This document shows positions 1 through 12,046 of a stretch of 64,000 bases of DNA, piece by piece. Below the pieces are notes generated by a model. It did not search any database. It had not been told where the DNA came from and was given only the letters and a program-made list of their open reading frames with translations. Source of the DNA: Geosiphon pyriformis uo1 (lineage: Eukaryota > Fungi > Glomeromycota); NCBI GenBank assembly GCA_016748015.1, contig JAAOMT010000470.1, positions 242,509 to 306,508 on the forward strand, given 5' to 3'. Position numbers and translations under genes: made by a program. How positions within the stretch are numbered: the first letter of the stretch is position 1; every line of letters starts with the position of its first letter.

Positions 1-395
1 GCTGAAACTTCTCGCAAATGGCTTATGGCCAGTCACCACCGCTTACAGATCTTCTTCATATCCAGTAATACAAAAGCTGAAACTTCTCGCAAATGGCTTA
101 TGGCCAGTCACCACCGCTTACAGATCTTCCTTTGTATACTGTAATATAAAGCTGAAACTTCTCGCAAATGGCTTATGACCAGTCACCACCGCTTACAGAT
201 CTTCTTCATATCCAGTAATACAAAAGCTGAAACTTCTCGCAAATGGCTTATGGCCAGTCACCACCGCTTACAGATCTTCCTTTGTATACTGTAATATAAA
301 GCTGAAACTTCTCGCAAATGGCTTATGGCCAGTCACCACCGCTTACAGATCTTCTTCATATCCAGTAATACAAAAGCTGAAACTTCCCGCAAATG
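1..395. repeat. 75-bp tandem array, alternating A/B units (150-bp higher-order repeat), copy 1
   Basis: Units start at 1, 76, 151, 226, 301 and 376 (partial). A 54-bp near-constant part (gctgaaacttctcgcaaatggcttatggccagtcaccaccgcttacagatcttc) is followed alternately by ttcatatccagtaatacaaaa or ctttgtatactgtaatataaa. Unit 3 has a G>A variant (tgacc). Confidence 0.98.
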
Positions 396-723
396 ATTAA
401 CCGACTAACGAGTGGTTCAATTTATATTATCCTCATATCTATAAAAACAACATATATTAGTGAATTACATGTACCTTGTCTATATCTTGTAAGGAAGTGA
501 AGTATTCCTTTCTATCACTATTTAGAGTTTCTGCAGTCAACTCTTTAAAGACCTCCAAAAGACAGTTAGAATCACTTTCTTCCGTTTGTACATCTTTACA
601 CTTCCATAGTTCATGAAAGGCTCTAGCAACAGTAATTTTATTTAAGGGTTCGTTTTGTAAAAAAAATTTTAATTGGTCGAGTTCGTCGTGAGAAGTCATG
701 ATTACGCCGATCACTTTTGCCAT
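333..723 (-). CDS. 5' part of a multi-exon putative REase/Crinkler-like gene, copy 1 (exon 1 723 or 699 to 475, 70-nt intron 474-405, exon 2 running into the array)
   Basis: 88-aa ORF 457-723. AAG|GTACAT donor and CGTTAG| acceptor give an in-frame continuation SVNHLREVSAFVLLDMKKICKRW*. CpGs retained; near-identical to copies at 21632 and 60170. Confidence 0.7.
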
Positions 724-3240
724 GCAAAAGTTAACGTGATTTTATAAAAAATATCATGTGAGCGGTTATTCGGCAAACCATTTATAGTCATTAAACAATT
801 TATATAATTTTAAATTGTATCTAGTCTTCCAATTTTAATAATATTAAAAAAATAAACTGTAAATATAATAGATTAAGTTCTTTTCTTTCACATTTATGGT
901 TTAATTTTTTGAATTATATTATATTTTATAAAGTTATTAAAGTTTAAAATTAGTCACTTTTATTATTAATCTTTAATTTTTGGATGCCAATCAATCAAAT
1001 TTTAGCCAATCAGCAATCATTAAAGTCATATTACCACATGATAAATCATTAAAGTATTATTATTTTCAGAAAGGTTTTTAATTAATATTAATTTAATTTT
1101 TAGATAGTCACTTTTTAAAAAGATATAGTATCTCTTGGCCTGTATGTTTTCTGTTGATGACATGACACTATTAATCATGAATATTTCATTCATACCACCA
1201 CTATATTTAATTGTTATTATCAGAACAAAAACCCAAATATTAATATTGTTCACACCAGATGTCAAAAGAATAGTAAAAGTACTATAAGTGATTGTCAAAA
1301 AATTTGGGAATATTATTTATGCTCTATTTGTGACCTTGTATTCTTTTTAATAAACATCAAAAACAACTGGCTTTGGTGCTGGAAGCAGCAAAAATTGAAA
1401 TGATTATAATATGATTGACTATTGGCCCAAGAGTAATACTATAAGCAAAATGTTTAATATTAAGAAACATTGCAAAAGATTAATTACTCACCTCAATTCC
1501 TATATCTTGAAGCAAAAACATGGCTTAAAATTTATGAAAAAAGTTAATACAATTAATTTTTTAATAAATAGACTTTGCAGTAAATTATAGATGGCTTATT
1601 TTTTTTGTAGCATCATATATGTAATATATGTTCTTTAATGATTGATGTTTTGAACACTTTTTTTTTGTAAAATTTTAGAAATAAATTGTGTTCTATCTGA
1701 CAAAGCTGATAAAAAATTTATTGCAAATAATTGTTGATCAAAAAGATAGTAGGTAAGAATATTTGAGATAAATTTTAATTTTAGTATTATAGCTTAGTTG
1801 TAACCTTTTATTTTCATATTTAGTGATTAACAATATGCTGAATTATTTATGAATTTACCATTTAAAAAAAAATATTCAGAATATTATAATGTGATTGAAA
1901 TGCCAAGATTTTTAACATGATTAAAGTTAGTATTATATACTTCTTTTTCATTAGTTATTTAATACTTGACATATGTTTTTTATATTACATCAATAGAAAA
2001 TTTAAAAAGAATATTATCTATTTATAAATTTAATTAAAACTTGCAATTGATTCGAAAATGTTATGTATTTTAATGATAATTTATGTATTTTTAAAGATGC
2101 CAAATTTTTATAAGTAAGAAGTTTATTAAGCTTTTACAAAAAAATCTGGGTTTTATCTACTTGAACTAATACATTTCATACATTTTTTGCATTAAAACAA
2201 ACTCATTAGAAAATATACAACATTAACAAAAAAAAGCTATTCAAGATTATGGGCTTTAAAATAACTTCAGTTCTCCCAATTAAGATAAAGCCAAAGATTT
2301 TTTAATTTTAACCTGATTCTCCTAAATTAATATCAACTAATATAAGTTTTTTGATTACTGTGATAAGCTATTATATATTATATTTTAATAAGTTGTTAAA
2401 ATATTCAACAATTGAAATTTTTTTTACAGTCTAAAAAACCAATTCTAAAACTATATTATGATTCAGTCGAATACATAATAGGTATTTTAGTTATTATATT
2501 TCTCTTTGGTATAATTTATCATTCAAATATTAAATTTAACCAAAAACTTTTATTACAAAAAATTTTGTATATCTCTTAGATCCAAGCAATTCTTTGAAAT
2601 GCAATATTATAGTCATTGAAAAGCTATTTGTAAATTCAAAATAAGTATTCACATTATAATAAAAATGATACTGGTCAAAATTTTTAAAGTTGTTTACTGT
2701 TTTTTATTTTTTTTAGATTACAAAAACGATTTGCAGTTTCTTTTTTTTTTAGACCTAATCAAGTTAATTTTTAATTATGAATACTACTTTTATGCTTTAC
2801 ATTTTTAAGCTTTTAATTATTTCTCTTAAGAGATCAGCTTCAATTTAAAAATCAGATTTTTTTTAAGTTAGTTGTTTAATTATCAATGTTAGACTTTTTT
2901 GCCCAAATTTTTTGTCATAAGTCAAAGAAATTTTTGTAATAACTATTTTTATTGACATTACTTGAATTTTTAGCTTAAATAATCTCCTTAATCCCAATAA
3001 AAATTTTTTTTTGATGAATCTCAAAGAAGCTTTTTTTGATTGTTTTTTATTTAGAATTACAAAACAGAAATTAAAGTTTAAATTAGAACCAAAAAGATTT
3101 AAAAAATAGATATACATTTGAATTGAAAATGTTATTTCCATTGTGATACAATTTTGTTGTACAATATTACATAGTTCAAATCTTTTAATTCTGTTTAAGC
3201 ACCAAATACACATTAGATTAATATTATATTACATAAAAAA

Positions 3241-5373
3241 ATGCTACTTCATTCTAAAAGAAAAAGAAAAGCTAAAAATCAAGTTAGAAATGCAAAAAAA
3301 TTATATAAAAAAACACATTATATCACTTTAATAAATGATCATAATATTAAAGTAAATAAATTTAACAGACTGGATGTTAATGATAGAGAGTCGAACAACA
3401 ATAATAATAGTAGATATGATAATATAGAAGATATAAAAGCCACAATTAGAATAAATACCAAATTAAAAAAACTTAGTTTAGTATAGAAAAATAAAAATCA
3501 TCTAAAAAAAAAAATGAAATCCTTACATAACAAAAAAGATACCAAAGTTAACCTATTACAATAAATATAGACCAAATAGTTTATTCACCAAAGCAGCAGT
3601 TGGAACTAAAAAAATTACCACTTTATTTAATATTAGTAATATTTAAACTACAAATTTACAATAACTCAAATCTAATGAATCTTTAAGCAATTCAGAAAAT
3701 AAGGTTGATTTGTATGCTAATTAAATAAAAAAAGAGCAAGAGTTAAAAGAATATTTAGAAAAACAACATGCTCAATTAGCTGTTTTTAAATATATTTAAA
3801 AAAGAGTTATTTTTGAATATATTATCTTGTTAAATAATAATAATAGACATAAAAAAATTAATGCTAGTTTGAAAATTGCCCAGAAGATTTTTATTATGGA
3901 AAGTACAAAAAATTTGATATCTTTGCAAAGTATTAGTTGCTTAATGATAAGCTTCCAACATTAAAACATAAAAAACATTAAAAAACAATTAAAATAATTA
4001 ATGATAAAATCATTGCAGAAAGATGTCATATTTGAATTAGAAACCAAAACTTCAATGCCACTTCAACCACATTTAAAAAATTCATTGAGCATAAATTGTT
4101 TCCTAATATTAGAATAATAATAAAAAAACTATTAGTCTTATAACTGCAGTAAGATGGCTCAAAATTCTTAATTATTTATTCCAACAACATTACTAAGGCT
4201 TATATTATAATAAACATGAAAAAAATAATGTTTTATAATTTTGAAAAAAATTTTTAGAAAAAATATATGAATATGAAAAATATATGTTAAAGTATAAAGA
4301 TGAATTTATAGATCAAATACATTCTAATTTACTTAATGAAAAGAAAAAAAAAGTTTTTGTAGTCCATAATAAATGCATTTTTTATTCAAATAATGGCAAG
4401 CATAACATATGAGCTGAACATGAAAATTTGTTACTAAGAAAAAAAAAATAAAAAATTAATTATGGTCAGTAAATTTCTAATTAAAATTAATAGATATTTA
4501 TATTTACAACAAAATGATATAAAAAACTATTCTAATATACCAAAAGAGGCACAATGTTATTTGCAATCTGGTATAAATCAAGATGGTTTTTAGACAGCAA
4601 ACCATCTTCTTAAACAAATTAAATATAAAGCAATTCCAATTTTTAAGAAATTATATTCAGATTATACAGTTGTATTTGTTTTTGATAATAGCTCTAATCA
4701 TGCAATATTTAGTAAAGATGCTTTAATTGCAAGCAGAATAAATTTAAGCCCAAGTAGAAAACAATCATTGATACAAGATACTTTTTTTGGATTAGATAAT
4801 TAATTACAATCAATAATTTTTTCAGAAACATATTCAGATAAAAAACTTTAAAAATTGCCTAAAAGAATTAAACAAGTATTAATAGAATGAGAAAAATGGC
4901 TATTAAAAGAATTAGTATTAGAATGCCAAAAATACAAAAAAAAAATCAAAGATTTTTCAAGAATTTTTTGTTATGTATGTTGAGTAATATCTTTGGAATC
5001 TGATTTTTTTGTTCAAAAAAATGCAATTGAAGAATTAATTGAAAGTATGAGACAAATGCATTTTTTTCCAAAATTTTATTGCAAATTAAATTTTATTAAA
5101 AGATATTAGGAAGCTGTTAAAAGATATGTATGTAACAAATGTGATTATTCATGGAAAAAATTACAAAAAACAGTGTCTAAAAGTCTTGAATCAGTATTTT
5201 TAATAACTATTAGACAATTTTCAAGAAAATATTGGTGTTATATAAATCTTTATAGAAAAGGTTTTAGTAGAAAATTAATAGAATATGCTATAAAAAAGTA
5301 TAAATTTCATAAAAAAATTCTGAATAATATTCTTAAAGAATTAGACAAATTAAATAATATTCAAACTTTATAA
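3241..5373 (+). mobile_element. Degenerate DNA transposase, IS630/Tc1/mariner superfamily with long D-E spacing (Sagan-like)
   Basis: Decayed motifs through stops: KTISLITAVRWL, VHNKCIFYSNNG (HDE..F), VFVFDNSSNH (~4672-4701), FPKFYCKLNFIKRY* (PKFHCELN.IE.YW), IKKYKFHKKI (KKYKSHRR). TIRs not identified. Confidence 0.8.
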
Positions 5374-5497
5374 TACTGTATTTGGTTTTATATTATATAA
5401 AATTTAATAAAATTTTATTTTTATTATAAATAATATATTAAAAACACATGTATATTAACCAATAAAATTTAATTATATAAATAAAAACATGTGAAAA

Positions 5498-6040
5498 TCA
5501 TTGTTTTATTTATATAGTAAAAATGTTGCTGAAACAACTGATACAAATAAAAAATATCCTAAAAAAGATTTGTATTAAAATTATATTTTTATGGGATTCT
5601 GATAGTAGAATCTTCTTTAGAGGAATCATTTTATTTGGTGGTTAATCTAGATTTCTTTAATAAAATCTGATTGAATTCATGAAAATTTACTAGTAACCTG
5701 TTCTAAAGATAAAATAATTTTAGTAATGGTGTATAGTATTAAAAGACTGATTTTTGGTTTTTCAAAATTTTTTACCTGCAAAATTAATAAGACATGCACA
5801 AAATTTTCAACTTTATCCACAGTTTTATTATGTAAAAAAATCTTGGTTTTTATGATAGGGAGGTAAAACTTTATACTTTTTTCTTATAACAATCCATATA
5901 CATCAACACAATGGTCATCTAATTATCAAAACACAATTAAACAATAGAATGTTATTTACATTATTGAATGAAATATGTTTTTTTATCTGTAATATTTATA
6001 CCAAATACAATGCAAAATTTATACAGCTTATTCTTTTTGG
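5498..6040 (-). pseudogene. Hypermutated fourth copy of the REase-like gene (last exons, two introns, 3' flank)
   Basis: Reverse complement aligns to ~61657-62210; the differences inspected are mostly C>T/G>A and CpGs are lost. Confidence 0.9.
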
Positions 6041-6149
6041 AAATTTTGGTATACCTGTCTGAGGTGAAACGAGCCACTAACAAGAAAAAATAAAAACTTC
6101 TTTTTCAGAAAAGTGCTTTTTAAGAATTTGTAAATGTAAGAAAGAAAAA

Positions 6150-8164
6150 AGTTTTGAATGTAATGAAACAGATATTGATTTTGTTTCTAATTTGAAATTT
6201 AATTCAAAGTTTGAAATCTGTAATTGGAGTATTAATATTGATTTTCTAATTATTAATTGTTGAATCTAAAACAGTAATCTGCTTTTAGATGATTTTGTTT
6301 ATCACAATAATAACAATTATACATTTTTTGTTGTCATAGTTGATTGGCTGATGATAATAACAGACACAATTGATTTTGAAAACAATTAGAGTTTTCTGGA
6401 TTATTATGATATTGAAAAAGTTGATAAATTGTTTGATTATTAGCTAAGTATCTTTTAATTTTTTAATTAATAGCTTCATTAAATTGCTTTAATTTAATAT
6501 CCAATTTAGATAATCTGTTTATTATTAAATTTATGGCTTGGGCATAGTTGGCTTTAAATTTAGCTAATTCAAAATTTTTGGCATGTGTAACTGTGTTTTG
6601 AAGAGTATTTGGGTGTATTAAGCATACTTATTATAAAAGTACTGCATAATCTACAAATAAATTAATTCAAAATTTGCAGTACTGTGAAATAGTCAGTATT
6701 GATTGCTTAGATTTGGCACAGATTTCTGTGGAAATATTCTAAGTAAGTGGTAACTGCTTCAATATTACTTTGTTTAATTGTGATAAAATTAATTAACAAG
6801 TAATTAGTAATATTATTATTATTGAAATATTGTAGAAATGAAGTTTTAAATATGTTAAAATCTTGAAATTTGTTTACAAAATTTTAATACTACAAATTAG
6901 CAGTGTCTTAGAAAAAGTACAAAATGGCTTAAAATGTTCTGACATTATTCTATTTATTGGCTGCAATGGCTTTTTCTATATTGTTTAATCATGCTTGGAC
7001 ATTGTCTTTTTTATTAGTAAATTCTTTTAGTTTAAAAATGAGTGTATATGCTATTAATGCAATTAATAATTGTTGTTGGAATTGTTTCTGAATAGTGATT
7101 AATACTATTGGTAGTTGATTATTAAAATAACTGGAGATAAGTTTTCTAAAAGAATAGGAGCTGGATTTGAATTGTTTGGATTTGGTTGGATTTGAACAAT
7201 TAGAGTTTAAACTTCTAGGTTATTTGGAATTAGATTTTAATTATTATTTTTCTAATTACTGTTTTTTTCTTTTCTGATTTGGTATTTTCCTAATGACTGG
7301 TAGATCTAAAATTTGGTTAAGGTAACAGTAATTAAAGTCTTAATAATATTGTTGGTTACAATTTAAATTTTTCAAAGAAATTATTGTAAGTTTTTAATAA
7401 TTTGGCTTTTTTTTGATTATTTTAAAAAATACTTTGGATAATAGTGTTTTCACAATTGATGGTAATATAAATCTGAATAATATATAGATAGTACTTTCTA
7501 GTATATAATAATATAACAGGTAAATAAATAAAACAATTCTTGGTTTTTTCTAAGTAAGTAATTGTATTTTTTTTAATATTTCTGCTAAAGTTTATAATTT
7601 TTCTTTGTTTATAAAGATAATAGAAAATCTTTGCTGGGTGTAATTCTCAATTTTTTGATTTATTTCTATAATTAGTGCAGTGAACAAATGATTTTGTAGA
7701 AGTATAATGCTTTAGAATAATTTACTATAGAAATTATTAAGAGTGGCTTCTAAATTTTCTTGGTTTTCTAAGTAGAATTTAATTTTTTCATTGATGTAAA
7801 AATTAAAAGTTAATTTTGCTTGCCAATAGTTATTTGTTAATTCAAGATAAGTTTGATAATATTAAAATAAAGATTTTGCAAATTTTAAATAATTTTTTCC
7901 TATAATTTTTTGGTCTGTTACTTTTCTAAATAATTGATGTTAGTGCTAGTTCTCTGTTAGATTATATCTCACAGAGAGCACCAAATGTTACAAATGATTA
8001 TTTAGAATGTTAAAACAAATAACAAACTCATAACTTGGTGCTCAATAGCTAAAAAAGTTGGTAATTTCTAAAGATTTTAGAGTCTAAAGGTTTTAGTTAA
8101 GTCTTTTGTATAATAAACAGAAATTTAATTGATGGTTTCTTTTGTGAATTTTTTTCTTCAGTAT
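6150..8164 (-). mobile_element. Ty3/Gypsy family B fragment: partial 5' LTR (7986-8164), PBS (~7969-7985), degenerate gag
   Basis: PBS tttggtgctctctgtgag on the minus strand next to the LTR end; Retrotrans_gag-like peptides IEKAIAAN, FLQYFNNNN, EAVTTYL..FHRNL. Confidence 0.85.
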
Positions 8165-9522
8165 TGTTACTTATAAAAATTAGGAATTATAATAATAGAT
8201 AAAATAATTAATCAGAAATAGGCATAGTAAAAAGAAAAATTTCAGGATTTTTTTTAAAGAATTACAGAATTTTATAATTTTATAATTTCTTTTAAGAAAT
8301 TGCAAGATTCCAAAAAATCTTATATAACATAAATTATGTATATATAGTAAGAGTGTTAAAAGCAGAAAAAGTATTCAATTTAGATAAAACAGTAATTAAC
8401 AACAATTACTTATCTTCTATTTTTTTTTTCAAAAGATAGTTTTTTATAACTTAAAAGTAGAATTATTTCCATATTAATAAAATTATCTATTATTATCTAA
8501 TTCATATTATTATTATTTAATTAAAAAAAAATTATTTATTTTATTCTATTAATACTTTATGTTGATAAAATCCAATACTTAACTATATTAGACTAATAAC
8601 TCTTAATTATAGCTATTGATAAAATACTAATTTTTTATTTTCTTTTTTTATTTTATTTTATTTTATTTTATTTGTTTTTTTGTGGTTTACTAATTGATTA
8701 AAGGAATTAAGTGCTAAATATTTGACATTAAAAATAGCTTGGTAAAAAATCTGGAAATAAGAGTAGAAATTTAAATATAGCTTACCAAAAAAGCATAACT
8801 ATTAAAATAAACCAGCCACTACACTAAAAAAAAATTCACAAAAGAAACCATTAATTGAATCTCTGTTCATTATACAAAAAATTAAACCAAAATCTTTAAA
8901 CTTTAAAACCATCAAAAATTATAAATATTCTTAGCTATTAAGTATAAGTTATGAGTTTGTTATTTGTTCTAACACTCCAAATAATTATCTGTAATATTTG
9001 GTGCTTTTAATGAAGTATAATCTAACAGAAAATTAACACTAACATCAACTATTTAAAAAAGTGGCAAACCAAAAAATCATAAGAAAAAATTATTTAAATT
9101 TTGCAAAATCCTTATTTTAATATTACCAAATTTATTTTAAACTAATAAGTAACTATTGATTAACAGAATTAGCTTTCAATTTTTACATTAACAAAAAAAT
9201 TAAATCCTATTTAGAAAACCAAAAAAATCCAAAAACTGTTCTTAATATTTCTATAGTAAATTATTTCAAAACACTACACTTCTATCAAACCAATTGTTTA
9301 CATTACTAATTACAAAAATAAACAAAAAAATTAGAAATTACATTTAACAAAAAATTTTCATTATTTTCACAAACAAAAAAAAACTATAAACTCCAGCAAA
9401 AATACCAAGAAAAATACAATTACCTACTTGGAAAAAACAAAAAGTCATTTTACTTATTTACTTATTATACTATTATATACCAAGAAGTATTATCTACATA
9501 TTATCAGGATTCGCATTACCAT
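8165..9522 (+). mobile_element. Ty3/Gypsy family B fragment: 5' LTR (8165-8996), PBS, start of gag
   Basis: LTR tgttactta...ctgtaata followed by tttggtgct; gag 5' sequence is the reverse complement type of 7500-7960; cut at 9522 by another LTR. Confidence 0.85.
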
Positions 9523-11075
9523 TGTTACAAGTGATTATTTGGGGTTTGGAAACAAATAACAAACCTGTAACTTGGTGCTTAATAAGTGATATAGTTGGTA
9601 GTATCTGAAGGTTTTCATATTTGAAGATTTTGGTTGAGTTTTTTATATAATAAACAGAGATTCAATGGTTTTTTTTATTTATTACTTCTTAGAATTGCAA
9701 TTCCATTAAATTTTTTTCTTAGTATAATGGCCAGTAATTCTTCTGATAAGTTATCTTCAATCTTTAAGTGTTTTACCCTTATTCCTGGATTTTTTACCAG
9801 TTACTTTAATGTTGATAACTTTGCATATTAATCTTTAATCAATTAATAAGTAATAAATAAAAATAAAGAAAGAAAAAAAAATAAAGAAAATAAGCCAAGG
9901 CAAAAAAGATTAGTATTCTGTCAATAGTCATAATCAAGAGCTATTAATTCAGTATAGTTAAGTATTAGTAACTATTAACATAAATTATTAATAGTAATAT
10001 TTAATAAATATTTTATTGATATGTTTTTATTTCAAGTTATAGAATATTATCATATAAAGAAATAGATGAGAATAAAAACTGGAGGCTTTAAAACTAAGAA
10101 TTCTGTCTGGGAAATCTGTTTTTTTTGCTTCTCACACTACTATTATATATATATAAATTTTATTATATGAGATTTCTTAAATTCCTTAAATCTCTAGCCA
10201 GAAATCCTAAAATTTCTGGAATCCTGTAATTTTTTGAGAAAAATCCTGAAATTCTGAAACTTTGCAATTCCTTATACTAGAATCCTATAATTTTGTAATT
10301 TTGTAATTTCTCTAAAAGAAATTCTGGAATTTTATTTTTACTACATCTTATTTTGATTGGCTAATTTGTATATTAATATATAATTTTTATATTCTATGAG
10401 TAATATTATCTTCTTTTTTTAATATTGAGCTCCATTAAAATCTTTTATATTTCTTGATTCTGTTTTTTTGATTAATTTTTGGACTTTTTTTTCTAGAATT
10501 ACTTGAGTTATTTTGATTTGTAATTCTTTAAATTAAGAGTTGGTTATTTTTCCTAATTAATTAATGATAACTGTATCCATTGCTGGATTAAGTAGTATTG
10601 CTGGTTAATCTTAAAATCCTGTATGTAGTTAATATATGGCTTGTGTTTGTGTAAACAGATTGTTTTTTTTTATAAATTGTTCTAATTGTTATAGTATTGT
10701 TGTGTTGAATAGTTGTTTTATTTTGTTAATATACAAGTTCTGAATATTCAGATTTTGCCCTAAGTAATAATAACAAAAGTTTCTTGGAAATTGTTGTAAC
10801 CACTAATTTTAAGTTTTTTTGGTTACTTTTTGATATAATACAGCTGTTTTTGGTGTTTCTATTAGCAATTTTACTTTTGCTATTATCTTGTCTATAGTAT
10901 TTTCCAATTTTCTGTGTACTTTGTATTAGGTATTTTTTTTATTATCTTTGTATCAAATGATTTGTTAGTTAATTGTAATTTTCAAATTTGTTTGTTGAAT
11001 TAATTGGAATAGTTGTTGTATAAGTAAATAGATGTTATTAGTAATTTTATCTTTTTTTGTTGCTTTTGGTTGTGT
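9523..11075 (-). mobile_element. Ty3/Gypsy family B 3' end: 3' LTR (9523-10405), PPT, decayed accessory ORF
   Basis: LTR tgttacaagtg...gagtaata; pyrimidine tract at 10406-10420 (purine tract on minus); peptide CYYYLGQNL...IIN*LGKITNS*F. Confidence 0.85.
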
Positions 11076-12046
11076 TGTTACTAAAGGTTTTTGGTCTCTT
11101 TTCTTGAATATTATTAATGTCTGTTTGTTGTAAATTTATGACTAAAAAAAGTAGTTGAATCTCTAATAACTGAATTTATCTTCAAATTATCTTTTATAAT
11201 TTGAACTGCTGGGCTTATAAGTAGAATGGCCAATTTTGTGTTAATTACTTTGTGTAGTTACATTATAGTAAATGTCAACTTTTTTCCAGGAATTGTTCAT
11301 CTAGAAGCTTACTAAAAATGTGTAATTACTTTGCTGTAAAAGTCAACTTTTTTACAGAAATCTTATCTGTAGACTATTTTAACAATTATAATAAAAAAAG
11401 TAAAAAAAAATATAAAAAATATAAAAAAAATAGAATTGTGTTAAAGAAAACGTTTTTTATTTAAGCCTGGAGTCACTAACAGATTAATGAAATTGGTAGC
11501 TAATCAATTTCAAAATGTTAGTTGTATTAAGAGAATTTCAAATGTAATAATTTAAAGGATTTGGTTTTCAAATATTTAATTTTTATTTGAGATATATAAA
11601 AAGTAATTTGTTCTAATTAAAATTTCTAAAGTAAAATACTATGATAAAATACTATAAGAAGATACATTTTCTTAAAGAAAGAAACTCTTTTTTTATACAA
11701 TTTGTTGTAGTACTAGTCTTTGAATATGCACTTTTCTCTTTGCTCTAATTTTAGTAAACTAAAGATATATTTCAGCAAACTACAAGTTATTTCTACAAAC
11801 TATTGATTATTTCGGCCAATTTTCATCAATTTTGGCGAATTTGACTATATTAAATGGTTCAAGGTATTGTGTAATTTGATTATTTTAATTTCTATAATAC
11901 AAATTGAGTTATTAATTGAATGATAATATTTGATAATTTGGTTAAATAATAAGTAATAATTAAAATAATAATAATATATGCTAATTAATAATAGAAATTA
12001 TGAGGAAATTTTATGCTAATTAATAGCTAAAATTCTACTGATAACA
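11076..12046 (-). repeat. Family A 3' LTR
   Basis: Begins tgtta, ends ataaca; direct repeat of 19966-20928 and inverse of 37342-38301. Confidence 0.93.

Larger units (their letters stand above)
1..1426. repeat. Left arm of a long inverted duplication (partner 20929-22354)
   Basis: Reverse complement of 20929-22354. Essentially identical over 1-~1097 (one S/C codon difference seen in the ORF), clearly diverged by many transitions over ~1098-1426. Confidence 0.95.

Noticed and set aside
1-395. CRISPR array (constant 54 bp plus variable 21 bp)
   Set aside because: Only two variable blocks, which alternate and are homologous to each other; no cas genes; eukaryotic intron-containing context. Units hidden in the gaps cannot be judged.
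1026-3331. Short ORFs 1026-1298, 2863-3213 and 3143-3331 as genes
   Set aside because: Low-complexity I/K/N/F composition expected by chance in AT-rich DNA; no recognisable motif.
6050-6080. Hammerhead ribozyme-like ctgaggtgaaac
   Set aside because: Lacks the CUGANGA core and pairing stems.
7969-7985. tRNA gene (ends gagcacca)
   Set aside because: It is the primer-binding site next to an LTR; no cloverleaf. The primer may be elongator tRNA-Met but this cannot be confirmed by eye.
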